A model generated the notes under the pieces. The model was not told the origin of the DNA. It did no database searches and saw only the letters and a list, made by a program, of their open reading frames with translations. A program made the position numbers and the translations under genes. From a phage, in sequence record PZ445527.1: a DNA stretch of 64,000 nucleotides. One strand, given 5' to 3'. This document shows positions 8,356 to 19,313 of the stretch, piece by piece. Position 1 is the stretch's first letter, and every line of letters starts with the position of its first letter.

Positions 8356-11205
8356 TTAAATAGTAGCCCAACTAACAGATTGTTCCCCACTTTCCCCTTC
8401 AGCTCGTATCCTAAATCGTAACTTACGATTGATACCTAGAGCACCTGAGTTCAGCAAAGCAAAATCCGCCTTATTATATGTTAATAGATAGTCATAAGTA
8501 TAGGCATCCTCTATCCTAATACTACGAAGCATTCTATCCTGAGAATCATGTATTTCTAGAGTGTAATAGATTTCTGGAATTATTTCTTCCTCAGGTATCT
8601 TATCCCAGGCAAGTTTCACATCTGGACCAACAAATTCAGTCACATCTCCAGAAGCTGTATTAGTTACTCTGAAGTTACTAACTACACTCAAGTTTCTAGC
8701 AGAGTTAAGATCCACGGAAAGAGTAACAGGAGAACTACGTCTACCGTTAATATCAACAGCACGTAGTTCAAAAATAGCTAAACCAGCAGGCTCACCTATA
8801 ATCTCCTGAATCATCCTTTCATTAGGATTATTCTCTAATTGCTGAATTATGTAAGGATCTACATGACCTGAATGAGCTATAGAGTAGTATACTACGTTAT
8901 TAGTAAGACTAGGTAGCCAAGATAGTTCCCCATTTTTACCTATAGCACCTATCATACCACCAGGAGTAGGAGTGTATTTAAAGTCTCTAGGAGGTAGAAC
9001 GTTATTACTAATATCAGGAATATCATTACCACTATTATCTACCTGTTCGGAATTAATAAATACATCTTCCCCGTACTCTTGGAGGACTAGATTAATTTTA
9101 CCATCACGAGTATTTTCTACTTCGTCAACCAGGAAGAACTTGTCTTTCCACCCATAACGCTCATAAGTAAACGCAATCGGATCATTTGGCTCTATACCAA
9201 TGAACTTATAAGGTACTGAGAAGCTAAGCGTACGTGAGTATCTAGATTTTTTAAGCTCTCTATCTGCGTAACTACGAGCAGTGTAGTAGTTAGTAATATT
9301 TGCAAAAGATAGCTGAAGTTTTTTATCCAAACCCTTATCTTGTTCTTTAAACTTAGAGTTATAGAATGTAATAGAGTTTGTTTTCCAACTTAGCGCAGGG
9401 TCTACTAAGGATGCTTGTACTGAGTTAAATTTATTTCTACCAGTAGTATCAGATAAGTCTAAGTCCCCATAAGTATCCAGAAAACTTATCTTCAGAGGAG
9501 TTGTAGAATGCTTCTCTACAGTTATTCTATACTCACCAGATAAGTTATTTATAGCTCCGCCAAAAGAATCCAGTACTCCTTGAACATTTTTAAATACTGA
9601 TTCGGAAGTATCTAATATAGTGTTTAACTGAACTACTTGGCGATGTTCAGAAATAGAATCACTCCAACCAACATATCTCCAATATGGTTGCCAGCTAACC
9701 TGATAAGATTCATCAATTATATCTAGAATTTTTGCTTCTGATATAATCTTTTGTAGGGGGAACTGATCTAGAGTTATATTAGCCCCATAACGTTCAGAGG
9801 TTAGATAGTCCATAAGCTGCCAGATACCGTTAAGGCTAGTTTTATCAGCTTTAACAGACCCATCAGAACTATATACTTTGACTTTCTTACCTTGTACTTC
9901 AGCACTAATTTCTGGAATTTCAGTTCTGTTCTCATTAATAGTAAATCTAACTACAGCGTAGGCTGTGTCTAAGAGCTTATAACGAGAATCCCAGTATTCT
10001 GGTCCATTGCCGTTTTGATTCTGTAAATAGAAACCTTTTCTTTTAGCAATATCCACTAATACTTGAGCTGCTGTCTGGTCTGGTTTGCCATGAAAGGTCC
10101 ATATTCTTATGTCACCATTACCATCATTATACTTATACTCTTGCCCATGAACAGAAGGTTGAGAAGTACTTGTACCAGCAGCTAGTCTATGCATTGTATC
10201 ACCCACTAGTTTCTTACGACCGAAACAGGTTCTAGCATTGGAATCCGTTTCATCGAAACAGATCATTGGGCTGTCCCCAATATAGAAATCTAGGAATCCG
10301 TCAATTTCTCCTTCCGAAAAAGCATAAACTACATACACTATATTAGGGTTATTTAGCTCAGTATCTGCAAAAATAGGGATACCAGGAATTTTCTGAACCC
10401 CATATACAACAGGTATAAATTTAGCAGCTAAGTTAAAGTCTAAATCAACTTCTTTAGTTACAGTCTCATAATACTTTTTAAGACTGTAACTTCTTGATAG
10501 ACCAAAGAGTTTCTTCTTGGACTGAAGTTTATAGCGTTCTTCTTTAACTTGGTATTTAGCTAAGATAGTGGTACTTTTATTAGAGTGGAAGAATCCATAG
10601 TCTTCTTGATATTCAGGACGTTTAGCACCATTAGAAGGCTGTAATTGTCCATTAACAACTTCAAGTCCTCGGTGAGAAGCATCATCGGTATAACGACCAT
10701 TCACCCTATCAAAGTCGTAGAACTGGTTGGAACAGTTCCATGTGATAACAGAGGTTCCTATTCCTGAAGTAGTAACATTATCTTTTATTCCGCCTCCGGT
10801 AATTCTACCACGGAAGAATAATAAAGGGCCGTCTGTACTAGGATCTACTGGAAGAATATTTCCTTCTTCATCAATTATTGCTTGATGTATAGTAATAGTT
10901 CTATCTAAGAAAGATACCCCATTTTGAACTAGTTTTAATACTTCATCTTCTGCTGTACCAGTTATAGTGAAAGATAAACTACCAATAGATAATTGGCGGT
11001 TCTGCTTATGGGAGCTTATACTTTTTACTTTACCTGATCTATATAAGATCCCGTTATAAGTAACATCTCTAAAGTAGTCAGTTAAATAAATATAAGTAGC
11101 AGCAGAGCCAGATGAACTAGGAAGCTCTAAAGCTATAAGACAAGCTGTTTTTAGCTTGTCATGAGTATTAAGATATGTTTTAGCACTATCGAGTATCTGC
11201 TTCAT
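8356..11205 (-). CDS. baseplate hub protein (pb3-like)
   Basis: 949 aa; located between distal tail protein and pb4-like genes. Confidence 0.7.
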   Translation of the reverse strand: MKQILDSAKTYLNTHDKLKTACLIALELPSSSGSAATYIYLTDYFRDVTYNGILYRSGKVKSISSHKQNRQLSIGSLSFTITGTAEDEVLKLVQNGVSFLDRTITIHQAIIDEEGNILPVDPSTDGPLLFFRGRITGGGIKDNVTTSGIGTSVITWNCSNQFYDFDRVNGRYTDDASHRGLEVVNGQLQPSNGAKRPEYQEDYGFFHSNKSTTILAKYQVKEERYKLQSKKKLFGLSRSYSLKKYYETVTKEVDLDFNLAAKFIPVVYGVQKIPGIPIFADTELNNPNIVYVVYAFSEGEIDGFLDFYIGDSPMICFDETDSNARTCFGRKKLVGDTMHRLAAGTSTSQPSVHGQEYKYNDGNGDIRIWTFHGKPDQTAAQVLVDIAKRKGFYLQNQNGNGPEYWDSRYKLLDTAYAVVRFTINENRTEIPEISAEVQGKKVKVYSSDGSVKADKTSLNGIWQLMDYLTSERYGANITLDQFPLQKIISEAKILDIIDESYQVSWQPYWRYVGWSDSISEHRQVVQLNTILDTSESVFKNVQGVLDSFGGAINNLSGEYRITVEKHSTTPLKISFLDTYGDLDLSDTTGRNKFNSVQASLVDPALSWKTNSITFYNSKFKEQDKGLDKKLQLSFANITNYYTARSYADRELKKSRYSRTLSFSVPYKFIGIEPNDPIAFTYERYGWKDKFFLVDEVENTRDGKINLVLQEYGEDVFINSEQVDNSGNDIPDISNNVLPPRDFKYTPTPGGMIGAIGKNGELSWLPSLTNNVVYYSIAHSGHVDPYIIQQLENNPNERMIQEIIGEPAGLAIFELRAVDINGRRSSPVTLSVDLNSARNLSVVSNFRVTNTASGDVTEFVGPDVKLAWDKIPEEEIIPEIYYTLEIHDSQDRMLRSIRIEDAYTYDYLLTYNKADFALLNSGALGINRKLRFRIRAEGESGEQSVSWATI

Positions 11206-11816
11206 AGACTTTCCCTCAAGGAAAGTGAAATACCAGAATAAGTACCATTGTTATTTAGGGTAGAACCGAAGGAATCTCCGTTCATTAGCTTAGTTCTAAA
11301 TAAGATACCATTAAAAACTGGTTTTTCACTACCCGTAGTAGTAATAAATAGATCAGGATATAGGGAAATATTCCATACGTTTCCTGAGCTACTAAAATTT
11401 GTTATTTTATAAACTTTAGGATGATTAGATAACTTAAATAGGTCTCCAGCTTTTGGCTGTCCAGTTAAGGTTCCATTAGTATTTAGTATAATTTGAGAAC
11501 CTTTTTGACCAGCAGGTATGGTAACACTCTTAGTATCACCACGTACTCTAAATGCTTCATACTGAGGCAGGAGTACATCTAAATAATCTCCAGTTCTTTT
11601 ATATTCTAAAAGCTTAGAGTCTAGAAATGCATATTCATCCGGGAAAAGTTCCGGGTATGAGATATTAATTCCCCAGTATTGAGCAGATATTTTAACCTCT
11701 TTGACTTTACCATTAGGTAATTCATCACGAATCATAGGGTCGTTATCTACTAAATTGACGCTTTCAAAACCTAACCCTGGGTACTCTGGGTTCGTGTATG
11801 GATCTGGTAGTCTCAT
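11202..11816 (-). CDS. distal tail protein (Dit, pb9-like)
   Basis: 204 aa; immediately downstream of tape measure gene. Confidence 0.65.
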   Translation of the reverse strand: MRLPDPYTNPEYPGLGFESVNLVDNDPMIRDELPNGKVKEVKISAQYWGINISYPELFPDEYAFLDSKLLEYKRTGDYLDVLLPQYEAFRVRGDTKSVTIPAGQKGSQIILNTNGTLTGQPKAGDLFKLSNHPKVYKITNFSSSGNVWNISLYPDLFITTTGSEKPVFNGILFRTKLMNGDSFGSTLNNNGTYSGISLSLRESL

Positions 11817-11925
11817 AGTTAATTTCTCCTCTTTAATAACAATATTATAATAGTATTGGAAAATTTTATCAAGAAATTTTTATTTTTCCATAAAGAAAAG
11901 GAGGACATAAAGTCCTCCTCCAATA

Positions 11926-14900
11926 TTAAGAATTACCAAGAGATTTCAGGGTGGTTCCATTCTCATTAAGAGCCAGTTCCACGGCATCTCTGAAAGCAGT
12001 ACTATTATTCGATGCAAAATCTCTGAAGCTTGCTGCATCCATAGTGCTGATATTCAGGATAATAGGTCTACCAGAAGAGGACCTTGATCCTTCGGAAAGC
12101 TGATCATTAGGCGTAGCTTTCATAGGAACCATAGGAGTAATTACCTCGGTACCATGCTCACCCATTTGATAGCTTACTCCAGGGTACATCATACCACCCT
12201 CAGCACGCGGAACAAAGGAGTTAGCATTACCAATACCTTTATCACCACGTAGGTAGGATAGTTCTCCTGAACTAGCTTGCATAGATACATCAACATTTTT
12301 CTGTCGTTCACCTAGAGTTAAGTACTTAGTAGTATTTGCTCCAGAATCCACAGAGGGTATAGAGGATGCACTAGAAGCAGAGGCTAAGGATAGTGCGCCT
12401 GCAGCAGCCGCAGTGGCCATCATCGTTAACCCTAATGGTAAGAACGGACGGGTAGCTGCAGCGTTCATCATAGCTACGGCTGTAGATATGATTATTTGCT
12501 TTTTAGCTTCTCGCTGCTGTATCTTAGTCTTTTCTGCCTCCAACTTCTTGATTTTAGCTTTAGATTCCTCAGACTTACCATCACGCTTCTGTTCTGCTGC
12601 AATAGCCTGGTCTATTGCACTTATTTGCTGGTTAGCAGAATATGCCATCATCTGTCCCACCATCTGCATACCTGCAGATATGGTTGTTATACTATCCAAG
12701 CTATTTTGTGCATTAGCCACCACTGCTAAGGAGAAATTACCTATGCTGTTAGCCAATGCTGTAGAAGCAGAATCCACTTCTGACATCTTAGCTATAGCCT
12801 GATCATACATAGACATTCTATTCTCAAAATCAGCAAACTCTTTATCATCACCAGATAATCCATTGGTAGGAGTGAATGTACCCCCTAGTGAGGATATGAC
12901 TGATTTGTACTTTTGATTCTCTCTTTGCTTTTTAAGCTGTTCTAGGGCCGCTGAAGTTTTATAAATCTCATTACGATATTTTATTTCTTCCTCAGTATTA
13001 GCCTTAGACAGTTCTAGCTGTTGCTGCAGAATGGATAATCTTTCCACAAGAATTTGAGATTGACCAGTAACATTTCTTTGTGTTTGGCTAACCTCTAATG
13101 CATCCATGAGGGCTGACACATGTGAGGCAGTTGCCTGATTTTCTGCTTCCCATATTTCTCTACTTATTTGTGCTTGAGCACGCCTTGACTGTTCTACTTT
13201 AGCTTGACCATCCGCTTGTTTAGAGTATAACTTCGCTTTTTCCTGCTCTAACTGCAGCTCTAGTCTTAACTGCGCTAAACGATACTGAGTACTCGTCATA
13301 GTGCGGTCATTCAGAAGAGCTATTTCTCTGTCAACACCAAGAATTTTATCTGTTTGATCCTTAACCTTTTTAGCGGTTTCAAATCCTTGAGCTTTAGTAT
13401 TAAGAATTTCTGTCTCTATCTTAGCTACTTGTTTTAATGCTTCGGGATCATTAGGGTTAATAGCTAGCAACGCTTTTGCTGCCGTAAGTTGTTCCTGCTG
13501 TTGACGCAATAATACTTCTCTAGCTGCTGCCTCTGCCTTAGCCTTGTCCTTAGTCTGGTTGTAAACCTCATCTTTGCGCTTAGCTACTTCCAGTGCATTT
13601 TGCTCACTCTTATCCATAGCAGTTACATATTCTGCTAGGCCTTTCTGAGCATTCTTAATTTGATCTAGGCTTGTGAAACCTAGATTTAGATCCTTAACTA
13701 GAGTATCTGCACTTTGCCCAGTTATTTTAGAAGTATCTTCTATTGCCTTTACAACACTGTTTAGGTCACTAGAGGCTTTCTTAGCGTTAGTAATACTACT
13801 TGCCGCCATTTTTATGTTATTTGCAGTATCACTAGAACTTTTCTTCAGGAAGTCAAAGTTCTTCTGTATCTCTGCTGCAGCTTTGAGGTTCTTAGGATCA
13901 ATTTCGAATACTCCTTTTTCTCCCGGGACAGCAGTGGCAGCATACTTCATTTTAGCTCCTAACTGCTCAGCCAGATTGCCATTACGTAACAGAGCTTCCC
14001 CGGTATCCTGTACCGCTTGTCTTAGAACCTTCTCAGTTTTGGCTCGTTCTTCTATTTCTTTGTTTTGACGAGCCAACTCATTAGTAAGTTGTACTACTAA
14101 CAGATTACTCTCATCTCTAGGAAGACCACCAAAAGCAGTCAATGCATTGACAAAAGGAGCAGTAAATGATTGTTTTGCTCTAATATCATCCAACTGCTGT
14201 TTAATCTCTTGAGCTTTCTTAATACGTTCTTCACTTTCTTTAAGATATGTATCCAGATCTTCTTGAGCCCCTACAGCATTCCCTATTAAAGCTGTAACGT
14301 TTTCAGATGGAGTAATTTTAGCGGATGCACTACGTGCCATTGCAGAAACTCTTGATTGAGAAGCCTTAGTTTGGTACAAGAAAGTATTAAGGGTATCCAT
14401 AACAGGATTTAAGTATGTAGCAGCACTTTGTTGTAAACTTCTTAGAGCTGAGTTAGCATTGGCAGCAAATTGTTCCCAAGAGGTTGCCTTAAGAGCATCA
14501 TCAAGGTATCCAAATCTACGAGTAGACTCTGCAATAACCTCATTTGCATATGCTTGTTGTTTCTGGTAGGTAGTCAGGCTATCTACAGTATATTTAATGC
14601 CTGTACTGGTAGCATTTAACTGTTTAACATAATTTGCATACGCATCGTTAAGACGAATAGTAACACCAAGTTCGTCCAGAAGTTCGATTTCTTGTTTTGA
14701 TACACCCTTAATTACACGGTTAAGTGCATCAGTCATATCAACACCAAGAACAGCAGCAGCACGACGTGCTACTAAACCAAACTGCTCCAATTGTTCACTG
14801 TCAAATCCATAAGCGGAGGCAGTAGATGCTTGACGCATAGCTTCTTCAAAGGATATAGCACCATTAGTAGCGTTTTGTAGGGATAAAGCTAATGTCTGTA

Positions 14901-15588
14901 CCGGTGTGCCTGTTATGGTGCCAACAATAGTACCGAACTGTTCTAGCCTATTTAGCTGGTCACCTACTTTTAGGCTCTCAAAAGCAGTCTGCAGGACGAA
15001 TACGTTAGAAGCAAGAGCTGCATACATAATAGGTAAACTACCACCAATTTTAGCCATTGCTGCAAAATCACGAGTAGCGCCACGAGCGGAACCAGAAGTA
15101 TTACCTATAGCTCTAGAAGCCCTGCTAGCAGCACCTGTAGTATTATTAAATCCTTTAGCTGTACCTCCTAAAGCCCTATTGGTGTCATACAATCTATCTT
15201 GAACCTTCTCTGTTGCAGCTGCAACATCATTACCCATTGCTTTAACAGACCTAGATACTCCATCAAATCCAGCCTCTAGTTTGTCTGCTACTTCAATCAT
15301 TGCAATAGCTAGATCATCCAGCTTAGCACCTATACTATCAATAGATTTAGTGATACTAAGCATGCCCCTACTAGCTTGCATATTTGTAAGACTTTTTGCT
15401 GCCCTATCCGCTGCCCTCTCAATGGAGTAAAGGGTTTTGGGCATTTTACCTAACTGCTCATTTGTCAGTTCGGAAGCAGCAGCAGCGTTTTCTAACGCAT
15501 CAGATACGTTTTCAATAGACTTTGCAGTACGGGTTGCCCCTTTCTGTTTAACGTCTATTAGTAATTCTCGTATTAGCTTATCAGTCAT
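11926..15588 (-). CDS. tail tape measure protein (pb2-like)
   Basis: 1220 aa, extended coiled-coil, hydrophobic segment, C-terminal region; size matches T5 pb2. Confidence 0.88.
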   Translation of the reverse strand: MTDKLIRELLIDVKQKGATRTAKSIENVSDALENAAAASELTNEQLGKMPKTLYSIERAADRAAKSLTNMQASRGMLSITKSIDSIGAKLDDLAIAMIEVADKLEAGFDGVSRSVKAMGNDVAAATEKVQDRLYDTNRALGGTAKGFNNTTGAASRASRAIGNTSGSARGATRDFAAMAKIGGSLPIMYAALASNVFVLQTAFESLKVGDQLNRLEQFGTIVGTITGTPVQTLALSLQNATNGAISFEEAMRQASTASAYGFDSEQLEQFGLVARRAAAVLGVDMTDALNRVIKGVSKQEIELLDELGVTIRLNDAYANYVKQLNATSTGIKYTVDSLTTYQKQQAYANEVIAESTRRFGYLDDALKATSWEQFAANANSALRSLQQSAATYLNPVMDTLNTFLYQTKASQSRVSAMARSASAKITPSENVTALIGNAVGAQEDLDTYLKESEERIKKAQEIKQQLDDIRAKQSFTAPFVNALTAFGGLPRDESNLLVVQLTNELARQNKEIEERAKTEKVLRQAVQDTGEALLRNGNLAEQLGAKMKYAATAVPGEKGVFEIDPKNLKAAAEIQKNFDFLKKSSSDTANNIKMAASSITNAKKASSDLNSVVKAIEDTSKITGQSADTLVKDLNLGFTSLDQIKNAQKGLAEYVTAMDKSEQNALEVAKRKDEVYNQTKDKAKAEAAAREVLLRQQQEQLTAAKALLAINPNDPEALKQVAKIETEILNTKAQGFETAKKVKDQTDKILGVDREIALLNDRTMTSTQYRLAQLRLELQLEQEKAKLYSKQADGQAKVEQSRRAQAQISREIWEAENQATASHVSALMDALEVSQTQRNVTGQSQILVERLSILQQQLELSKANTEEEIKYRNEIYKTSAALEQLKKQRENQKYKSVISSLGGTFTPTNGLSGDDKEFADFENRMSMYDQAIAKMSEVDSASTALANSIGNFSLAVVANAQNSLDSITTISAGMQMVGQMMAYSANQQISAIDQAIAAEQKRDGKSEESKAKIKKLEAEKTKIQQREAKKQIIISTAVAMMNAAATRPFLPLGLTMMATAAAAGALSLASASSASSIPSVDSGANTTKYLTLGERQKNVDVSMQASSGELSYLRGDKGIGNANSFVPRAEGGMMYPGVSYQMGEHGTEVITPMVPMKATPNDQLSEGSRSSSGRPIILNISTMDAASFRDFASNNSTAFRDAVELALNENGTTLKSLGNS

Positions 15589-15600
15589 AATTTATTTTTC

Positions 15601-15636
15601 CCAATAAAAAAGGCTCTGGGCAAATCACCCAGAGCC
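15601..15636 (-). terminator. intra-operon rho-independent terminator upstream of tape measure gene
   Basis: hairpin GGCTCTGGG-caaatcac-CCAGAGCC followed on - strand by TTTTTTATTGGGAAAAATAAAT; same motif as the terminator after the capsid gene. Confidence 0.6.
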
Positions 15637-15671
15637 AAGCCTCATCGTGGAACGCCCATTGGAGGAAACTT

Positions 15672-16040
15672 TTACCGTGCTCGAGATTTAGCATGTGGCT
15701 TAACGTTAGGTATTCTACCGTTTTGCGGCTTATGCTTCTCAGCACGTTTACGTGCAGCGTCTACAGCTTTAGCATCAAATATATTGATAATGTGTAGAAC
15801 AAATTCTTTCTCTATAGGATCGGTAATCCCATAAATATCGAATAAAACACCTAAAGCAGCCCTGTCTTTACCTATAAAGATAGGGAAGTCACCAGGTATG
15901 AAACAGTCAACTAGACTATTATAAATATTCATACTAATAGCTACAATAGGTGGAAAGTCTTCAAGTTCAACAGGCATAGCCTTAGGATCAGGCTCTATAC
16001 CCATTGATTCACAAAGTATTAAATATTGTTGTTTAGTCAT
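15672..16040 (-). CDS. putative tail assembly chaperone (downstream frame)
   Basis: 122 aa between tail tube and tape measure genes; its frame is open upstream to nt 16127 and overlaps the 3' end of the preceding ORF in the +1 frame. Confidence 0.4.
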   Translation of the reverse strand: MTKQQYLILCESMGIEPDPKAMPVELEDFPPIVAISMNIYNSLVDCFIPGDFPIFIGKDRAALGVLFDIYGITDPIEKEFVLHIINIFDAKAVDAARKRAEKHKPQNGRIPNVKPHAKSRAR

Positions 16041-16101
16041 TTTAGATGCTGAGCTTTTAATACACTTATCTGCAAAATCAGCAACAGCATCTAGTAATTC
16101 T

Positions 16102-16506
16102 TTACGCTTTTGAGCTACGAAAAGTGTCTAAGTGGAACACTGTCTGGTTGATCCAAGAATCAAACGCAGCAGAGTTCTGCATAAGCATTACAGCATTATC
16201 ACGACTAAAGGGAACTTCAGTAGTAGGATCAGCATCTGTTTCAATCAGCATCAGCTTCTCAACGTCACCTACAGTCAAACCAGTCCAACCTTTAATTGCA
16301 GCATCAACGAAAGCTTCAATAAACTTATCGTCATCCTGTACTTGAACTAGAGTACCATTAACCCACTCATCGCGTTTGGCGGAAGAGATAACACGCTTCG
16401 AGGTAGCACGAGACATATAGTTAAGCTCTAACTTAAAGTTAGGCATACCTGGGTATGAAAGAGTAATAGTACGGGTATCGAGAGTAATATCTTTTAAGTT
16501 AATCAT
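16102..16506 (-). CDS. putative tail assembly chaperone
   Basis: 134 aa, acidic; canonical position between tail tube and tape measure genes. Confidence 0.45.
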   Translation of the reverse strand: MINLKDITLDTRTITLSYPGMPNFKLELNYMSRATSKRVISSAKRDEWVNGTLVQVQDDDKFIEAFVDAAIKGWTGLTVGDVEKLMLIETDADPTTEVPFSRDNAVMLMQNSAAFDSWINQTVFHLDTFRSSKA

Positions 16507-17402
16507 TATTTTCTTTCTCCAAAGAAGTTTATTTCTACAGGATCTGAATCAGCAGTAGGAATTACATCATACTCTACCTGATACAAATCTGAGAATTTTA
16601 GGCGTTTTGAAATACGTGCTAAAGGAAATGTTACAGAAACATATTTATTTTTAATAATTAGTGGAGTTCTTGTTTCAGGATCTAGATTCAAGAACTTATC
16701 TCCTACCAATCTCTTAACGTAATAGAAAGCTAGCGTTGCGGAAGCATTCATTTCATTGACATAAGCTCGTTTATTAGTATAAACTTTATTTATATCAAAT
16801 ATACTTCTATCTTCTCTCCAAGAACATTGTTGTTGGAAGGACATAGATGCTGAAATTAATGCCGGCAGCGGAGCGCTATTAGTATACACAGCTGGAGGAC
16901 TATACGGAAGTACTTCACCTTGTGTAATTGTATATCCATCACGGAAAGTAGATACTTCAGAGAATTTTCCAGACTCAATACCAACATTTAGAATTGGTAC
17001 ACTCTTATCTAGAGAAAAATCAACTGTTGATACATAACAGTTTTCGAAATAAATACAGCTATTATTATAATTAATAATATACATATTGAACATAATAGGT
17101 TCAATATTGGGAGTATTTCTTGGCAAAAATAATGAATTTCCCTCACGCGTGAATCCCATCCAATCAAAGAAATTAGACTCAATAAGCGTAGTACTGAAAT
17201 TTATTGCCAATGAAATAGATGAAGGATCTTGAGCATTAATAATAGAGTCTGCATAGTTTGTACGATTATGAATAGTACGTCTAAGAGTTTTAAACTCTTG
17301 AAAAGACGTACTAGCGTCATAGTTAGAGAGGGCATCAAAATGATACCCTCTACCATCATACTCAATAACTATTTTAGACTCTCGCATGAGAGAATAAAAC
17401 AT
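16506..17402 (-). CDS. tail protein (T5 p140-like)
   Basis: 298 aa; synteny downstream of major tail tube gene. Confidence 0.5.
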   Translation of the reverse strand: MFYSLMRESKIVIEYDGRGYHFDALSNYDASTSFQEFKTLRRTIHNRTNYADSIINAQDPSSISLAINFSTTLIESNFFDWMGFTREGNSLFLPRNTPNIEPIMFNMYIINYNNSCIYFENCYVSTVDFSLDKSVPILNVGIESGKFSEVSTFRDGYTITQGEVLPYSPPAVYTNSAPLPALISASMSFQQQCSWREDRSIFDINKVYTNKRAYVNEMNASATLAFYYVKRLVGDKFLNLDPETRTPLIIKNKYVSVTFPLARISKRLKFSDLYQVEYDVIPTADSDPVEINFFGERK

Positions 17403-17406
17403 TTAA

Positions 17407-18798
17407 TTAACCACCTGTTACAGTAATCTGTTTAGTACCTTTAACTCCAGAACCATCTTTAGCAGTAGCTTCTACAGTTACTGCACCAGTTTTACCAGCA
17501 TTTGCTGTTAGTAACCCTGTTGCACTGATAGTAGCTGCATCACCGGCAGTGATAGCCCAAGTAACTTCCTTATTCTTTGCGGAAGAAGGAGTAACTTCAA
17601 CACTCATCTGAAGAGTAGCTGATCTATTTAATGTAGTAGCATTTCCAGCAGACTTAACAGTAATTGCGGTTACAGCTTCAGAAGCACCGTCACCGTTAAC
17701 AATTAGATTATTAATAGTTGTTTTGGTATATTTACTAGAGAAGCCCAAGTAACCCTCATCACCAGCATCCAGATCTGACGGAATAGCTTTAAATTCTACT
17801 GAAGTACCAAGTACATCATCAGTCTCAATAGTAGGAATATTAACGTGTGCCTGTTTAGCTACCAGAATAGCGGCAGGACGTTCATCATCGTATTCACCAC
17901 CAAGTACCAGAGCGATTTCGAAGCGGTTAACTACTTTCAGAGCTTTGATAAGATCTTTATACAGTTCCATAGAACCAAGAGATTTATCATTCAGGTAAGC
18001 AGTTAATGAACCAGTTAATTCAAAAGCACCAGTAAATGAGCCGATAGGAATAGTAACACGAGACATTACGTTAGGTGTCAGATAAGTAATGTTGTTGTTA
18101 ATAGTAAAAGTACCACCGGTAATTGGTATATCATAAGACTTATTGGTATCCATGTCCTTGATCTTCAAGACAGTTAATTTGTTCTTAATGTAAGAACCCT
18201 GGATAGTCATATAAGTTTCATCATCAATACCTATTTTATCTGGATCAAATGGTTGCGCGTCCAGTGGGATTAGCTGGTTACCATTACCAGACCAAGTTAC
18301 ACGACCAATATCTTCAATATCAACGTTAACTTCTGCCTGATTAATCTGACAGGAATCGATATAACTCCATGTTTTATCAGTCAGAATGTAAATATGTAAC
18401 ATTGCTAACTCATGATAGGAGTTATCTTTAAAGTTAACCATGAAGTTAGTAGCATTATTATGTGCTCCAGTAGTTCCTTCAAGATTAATAGCTCTACCAC
18501 TAGAAAGTGCATGCCATAACATATAGTCAGGAACAATTTGTTTGCTAGTAGTTTTATCCTTGTAGGGCAGGATATAGGTAGAGAAGCTCCACTCAGCCGC
18601 ATTCAAGGAATCGTTAAAACGTTTAGAACCACGAGTTGGACGCGGACCAGCTTCATTAACAGTAATATCTGTTGAGTTACTGTCCTGACCCCAAGAAATA
18701 TCATCCTGAACTAGAATCTCTTGCGTGTTGGTCTTATTGTGACCAGTCTTAACCGTAGACACGAAGATTCGAGTATTACGTAATAGTTGTAAAGACAT
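17407..18798 (-). CDS. major tail tube protein (pb6-like) with C-terminal Ig-like domain
   Basis: 463 aa; C-terminal Thr/Ala-rich Ig-like segment; size and position match T5 pb6. Confidence 0.82.
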   Translation of the reverse strand: MSLQLLRNTRIFVSTVKTGHNKTNTQEILVQDDISWGQDSNSTDITVNEAGPRPTRGSKRFNDSLNAAEWSFSTYILPYKDKTTSKQIVPDYMLWHALSSGRAINLEGTTGAHNNATNFMVNFKDNSYHELAMLHIYILTDKTWSYIDSCQINQAEVNVDIEDIGRVTWSGNGNQLIPLDAQPFDPDKIGIDDETYMTIQGSYIKNKLTVLKIKDMDTNKSYDIPITGGTFTINNNITYLTPNVMSRVTIPIGSFTGAFELTGSLTAYLNDKSLGSMELYKDLIKALKVVNRFEIALVLGGEYDDERPAAILVAKQAHVNIPTIETDDVLGTSVEFKAIPSDLDAGDEGYLGFSSKYTKTTINNLIVNGDGASEAVTAITVKSAGNATTLNRSATLQMSVEVTPSSAKNKEVTWAITAGDAATISATGLLTANAGKTGAVTVEATAKDGSGVKGTKQITVTGG

Positions 18799-18824
18799 TT
18801 AATTATTTTCTCCTAATCTGTAAC

Positions 18825-19310
18825 TTATCTGCGAAGTGACCTACGTGGAGGCTGATACCTCACTGTTACATTTATTTCTGCTAAACCATATGGGGCCAGT
18901 AGACCCTCATCTGTACTAACTGATGTAATGATCATATCAGTTGCCTCACATGGGAAGGTCGATCCATTAGGTTTACTAACAGTATATTCTAAATTTCCAC
19001 CTGTGTCAATAACGGTTTTTATATCCGCTACGAGTTTTTCAAGTTGCTCTTGAATGTCTGTTTTCTCTTTATCGTACACCAGGATTGGAAGTTCTAAAAA
19101 CATCCACTGTTGGCCTGAAGGAAGATACTGCCCAGTTTCAGTTCCGATATGAACTGCTACATAAGGAAACTCTCGTATTTCCTCAAATTTATAAGTTTGA
19201 CGAGAAACGTTTCCATATAGGTTATTAAAATATTCGTCAGGTTGAGAACCATCCATTTGTTTAGAGATTCGGTCAACCATAGCTTGTGCAATACTTGTTC
19301 TATGGTCCAT
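18825..19310 (-). CDS. tail terminator protein (p142-like)
   Basis: 161 aa; immediately upstream of tail tube gene. Confidence 0.5.
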   Translation of the reverse strand: MDHRTSIAQAMVDRISKQMDGSQPDEYFNNLYGNVSRQTYKFEEIREFPYVAVHIGTETGQYLPSGQQWMFLELPILVYDKEKTDIQEQLEKLVADIKTVIDTGGNLEYTVSKPNGSTFPCEATDMIITSVSTDEGLLAPYGLAEINVTVRYQPPRRSLRR

Positions 19311-19313
19311 TTA

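Noticed and set aside
12413-15202. Several + strand ORFs (12413-12802, 12496-12729, 13673-14068, 14906-15202)
   Set aside because: Embedded antisense within the 1220-aa tape measure gene; hydrophobic low-complexity translations typical of antisense reading of a coiled-coil gene.
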